Below are positions 62,001-64,000 of a stretch of DNA of 64,000 bases, in pieces. Every line of letters begins with the position of its first letter. Position 1 is the first letter of the stretch. The position numbers and the translations under genes were made by a program. The notes beneath the pieces are model-generated. The model was not told the origin of the DNA. It saw only the letters and a list, made by a program, of their open reading frames with translations, and did not search any database. This stretch comes from Tubulanus polymorphus. Taxonomy: Eukaryota; Animalia; Nemertea. The stretch is from positions 9,456,485 to 9,520,484 of the forward strand of contig NC_134027.1 of the NCBI RefSeq assembly GCF_964204645.1, read 5' to 3'.

Positions 62001-62284
62001 TTCATTTCGGCGCCGGTGTAAAGTCCATCGTCGGCGCGTTTTAACCAATATAAACGTTTTATTGGCGGCGTCTTAGTCCGTTCGAAACACTCCCACTGCT
62101 GGTTCAGAAAACTGAAACAGACCTTACACGACGGAATCAAGCCGCCGGGCCCCGGTTTTTGGCAGCCTTTCGGTGGATCATGGTGTTCGAGAAACGGAAA
62201 ATACGAACCCTTTTCGCGAGGTTTTATATGCAGAGTCGAGGTAGCCCCTAAGCTACCGCAAACAAAACACACGACTCTACTCAT
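33608..62284 (-). CDS. GSE1: GSE1 (genetic suppressor element 1)/plexus-like protein, long isoform ~1961 aa
   Basis: Exons (-): 62284-60278, 59578-59467, 45762-45553, 44852-44635, 44072-43747, 43078-42863, 42407-42184, 41697-41528, 40961-39911, 39401-39288, 38690-38457, 38244-37438, 36079-35976, 33700-33608. Phases consistent, 5886 nt. GSE1 hallmarks: RTTATV.PL, SSFAAALRKLAKQA, GFQPYR, FPHPAFR, RE-rich tract, EFAQEFHESVL, WPGIE..MDAYQRH.E, C-terminal coiled coil. Joining the first two exons across the 13.7-kb intron is inferred from phase. Confidence 0.88.
35050..35210. mobile_element. ~160-bp MITE (PIF/Harbinger-like)
   Basis: agggggtcattcattgattatgtacgcat ... atgcgtacgtaataaatgaatgatccct. 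Second copy at 22674-22860. Confidence 0.75.
37089..37261. mobile_element. Tc1/mariner (Tigger/pogo-like) MITE
   Basis: TA|cagtgaaacctcgttataacga...cgttataacacagttccactg|TA, with internal ggatataac repeats. Confidence 0.75.
39528..39790 (+). repeat. Dispersed ~260-bp repeat; second copy at ~52232-52500
   Basis: Shared gatacctagta, ttgatgt.cactacgtcat, ggcattcattttgta, atatcgggg(g)ctagac and ccaaaataact. Confidence 0.7.
43149..43276. mobile_element. Fold-back MITE with GGACCCGGTT terminus and internal (a)actcagagtt repeats
   Basis: ggacccggttcgacagttcttgattaa...ttaatcaagaactgtgaaaccaggtc. Confidence 0.6.
45014..45440. mobile_element. Full-length copy of the CAGGGTCCC ~400-bp element
   Basis: cagggtccctaaagatcc...ggagtcgtggggaccttg. 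Homologous to 7651-8046. Confidence 0.7.
45975..46252. repeat. Local tandem repeat (alternating ~50/80-bp units) built on gccattca.acaa..gaatc.tttctgaaatag
   Basis: The core recurs at ~45990, 46069, 46118 and 46199. Confidence 0.75.
46299..46735. mobile_element. 437-bp PIF/Harbinger-like MITE
   Basis: TTA|aggtaggggcacacgagcgtattttttc...gaaaaaatacgctcgtgtgtccctagct|TTA. Long TIRs and internal palindrome tatcaaacatgtttgata. Confidence 0.85.
50982..51200. repeat. 70-bp hairpin element (tagactggtggcc...ggccaccagtcta, 51115-51184) with an upstream partial duplication
   Basis: ttgggccgaca.gttg..g.tcagtggccaccagtcta.gtattaagcaaat occurs twice (~50990 and ~51147). Confidence 0.7.
52991..53077. repeat. 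(TA)n microsatellite
   Basis: About 43 uninterrupted AT/TA units. Confidence 0.98.
54512..54581 (-). CDS. GSE1: Putative alternative first coding exon of GSE1 (short isoform)
   Basis: MALNGFNGFFMSPYTMPPIYQYP-G|GTAAAG. The phase-1 donor matches the phase-1 acceptor at 45762. It lies at the 3' edge of a CpG-rich promoter-like region. Confidence 0.5.
54600..56330 (-). promoter_or_regulatory. CpG-rich, simple-repeat-rich putative internal promoter/5' UTR of GSE1
   Basis: Dense CG/GCGC, (GA)n, (CA)n, (CTA)n, (GCA)n and (GCGA)n tracts. No convincing ORF. Directly upstream of the 54581-54512 exon. Confidence 0.5.
57528..57800. mobile_element. Two adjacent copies of the ~110-bp fold-back MITE
   Basis: 57528-57637 has near-perfect arms (gttttatagactggtattaactttaacctgggg / ccccaggttaaagttaataccagtctataaaac). 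57688-57800 is more diverged. Confidence 0.85.
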
Positions 62285-63948
62285 ACTGCATAGCAAATAC
62301 TGGCTTCAGCGCACGAGTAAGGCTGAATACTTGAAAGATTCGGTGGTCCCTTGTAGATATCATTTTGGTTTATCTGAAATACGTTAATAAAGTTGAATCA
62401 ATCACGGCTTTTAATCCACTAATACGTGTATTAGACTGAAATCTACTTTAATGCAAAATGCAAATGATATATACTGATGAATGTATGATAAGGCTTAGCA
62501 TCAGTGCTGTGGATCCCTAGCCTAAATATAATTAAAATCATAAAACATAGTCATAGGCAGTTTGCTGTAGGCCTAGGCCCTCTGTAATGTAGCCGTTTGT
62601 ATATTTACAATTACGTAATCATCACAGGAACTTTAGCGATAATTTATTACAAACATCTGATCCAGGGATAACCCTAGTTTGGATAACAGCCAATGTTACC
62701 ACTCTCGGCTACAATGGCTACATGGGCATAGGTAGTCCGGCATTGGGATGCCTAATTTAGGTTCATTCCACTACTGAATCAGTGACATCATAGGCCTAAT
62801 CATAAAATACACGAATACTCAATTTCATAGATTAGAATTGCTTTTCCACCTTTGTAAAGATCACTCAGTGTGACCCTTTATATCGTATTACAGTTAGCTA
62901 TCAGTTAATTAACCCCCACATTGTTACAATGTAATTAATAAGTGTTCCTTTTGCTATCAATCAGAGCCAAGTTTTTATCTTTTGTTTCTGACTGTTAACC
63001 AACACATAGCTGAGGCTATACCAGCTACTTAAGGGTCACACTAGAAACGTCGATCTACGAAAGAAATTGGGAAATATTCGGGCCGTTTTTCCATCGGTTC
63101 CAAAAAAGTTTTTTGACAGAAATTTTTAGAGGCAATTTAATTTAGGCCCGATATATGTGTCCTTTAAATTCAACATACCACATTGAATCGGTTCATTTTC
63201 ATCGTCAACATTACAGGGTTCATAACAACGCGTTTATATTAGCTGAGACCGGTTTTAACATGGTTTAAATCGTTGATTTGTCGTATTAGTCACATCAGAG
63301 GAAAACACAAAGGCTACTACAAATCAATTCAATCCAATCTTTATTTCAAATCGATCGATAATTCTAGAGTAGTCGTAAACATGCCGCGAGAGGCTCCGAA
63401 ATCTGAGTGGACTAAAACTAAAAATCGAGAGCGACATTAAAGAAATATTTTGGTATTTCTTATGTAATGAATGAGTTTTCGATCTTACGTAAGCACCACA
63501 ACGTTAGAACCCTACGGCCTAAGAAAAAAGAATTATATAGCCTGGTATCGCCCTGTGATCATGACTTGCATTTTTGGCACAAGAAAAAGCTTTGTTTTCC
63601 CCATCTAATAATAGACTAAAATGAATGAATAGTAACGTTAGAAATAGAAGCCACGACTCAATATCGAATTAAAACGTAACCTTTCGATTCAGTTCCTAAA
63701 TGGCCGAGACATAATATCGAAAATGCATTTGCACGTGACAAATGAATATTGACCAAAGTCCAAAGAATTATCAGGATTCGAACCTGCTTGATTCGCCAGT
63801 AACGACTACGATTGGATGAGCACTATCCAATCACGCGTTGCGTATGCCGGCACGGTGCGTATAAAACTGAGTGGCTTGACTAACTCGTCCTCTGTTTCAG
63901 TAAAATCCTTTCGGTATCTGGATCTACGAGTTTGACAACTGCTGCAAT

Positions 63949-63979
63949 ATGTCTGGTGGTGACAAGAGATACAAAGTTG
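63949..63979 (+). CDS. Possible first coding exon of an unidentified gene divergent from GSE1
   Basis: Acceptor tgtttcag at 63900, then ATG TCT GGT GGT GAC AAG AGA TAC AAA GTT G|GTAAGT (MSGGDKRYKV). Too short to identify. Confidence 0.35.
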
Positions 63980-64000
63980 GTAAGTGAACTGAATTGAATT

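Noticed and set aside
63772-63840. tRNA gene suggested by ggattcgaacctg (also gggactcgaacc at ~26578)
   Set aside because: Only a B-box-like motif is present; I could not build a cloverleaf.

Overview
AT-rich, intron-containing animal genomic DNA, probably invertebrate, with CpG-rich exons. I reconstructed four complete spliced genes by hand from GT-AG junctions with consistent phases. (1) TMEM143 (+, 6 exons). (2) A METTL24-like type II membrane methyltransferase carrying two tandem methyltransferase domains (-, 11 exons). (3) V-ATPase V0 subunit d, ATP6V0D1 (+, 8 exons). (4) A GSE1/plexus-like gene (-, 14 coding exons) with a Cys-repeat N-terminal exon and an apparent alternative internal first exon. 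A probable VGLL4/Tgi first coding exon lies at the left edge and an unidentified first coding exon at the right edge. A 5.6-kb DIRS1-type tyrosine-recombinase retrotransposon (ITRs, ICR, gag, RT/RNase H/N6-adenine MTase, YR) sits in sense orientation in the last intron of the METTL24-like gene. It is internally broken, has an apparent 5' UTR intron and carries splice sites that could interact with the host. Many small MITEs (PIF/Harbinger-, Tc1/mariner-, MULE- and hAT-like) and tandem repeats fill the introns. Gene identities come from remembered motifs, not database searches.
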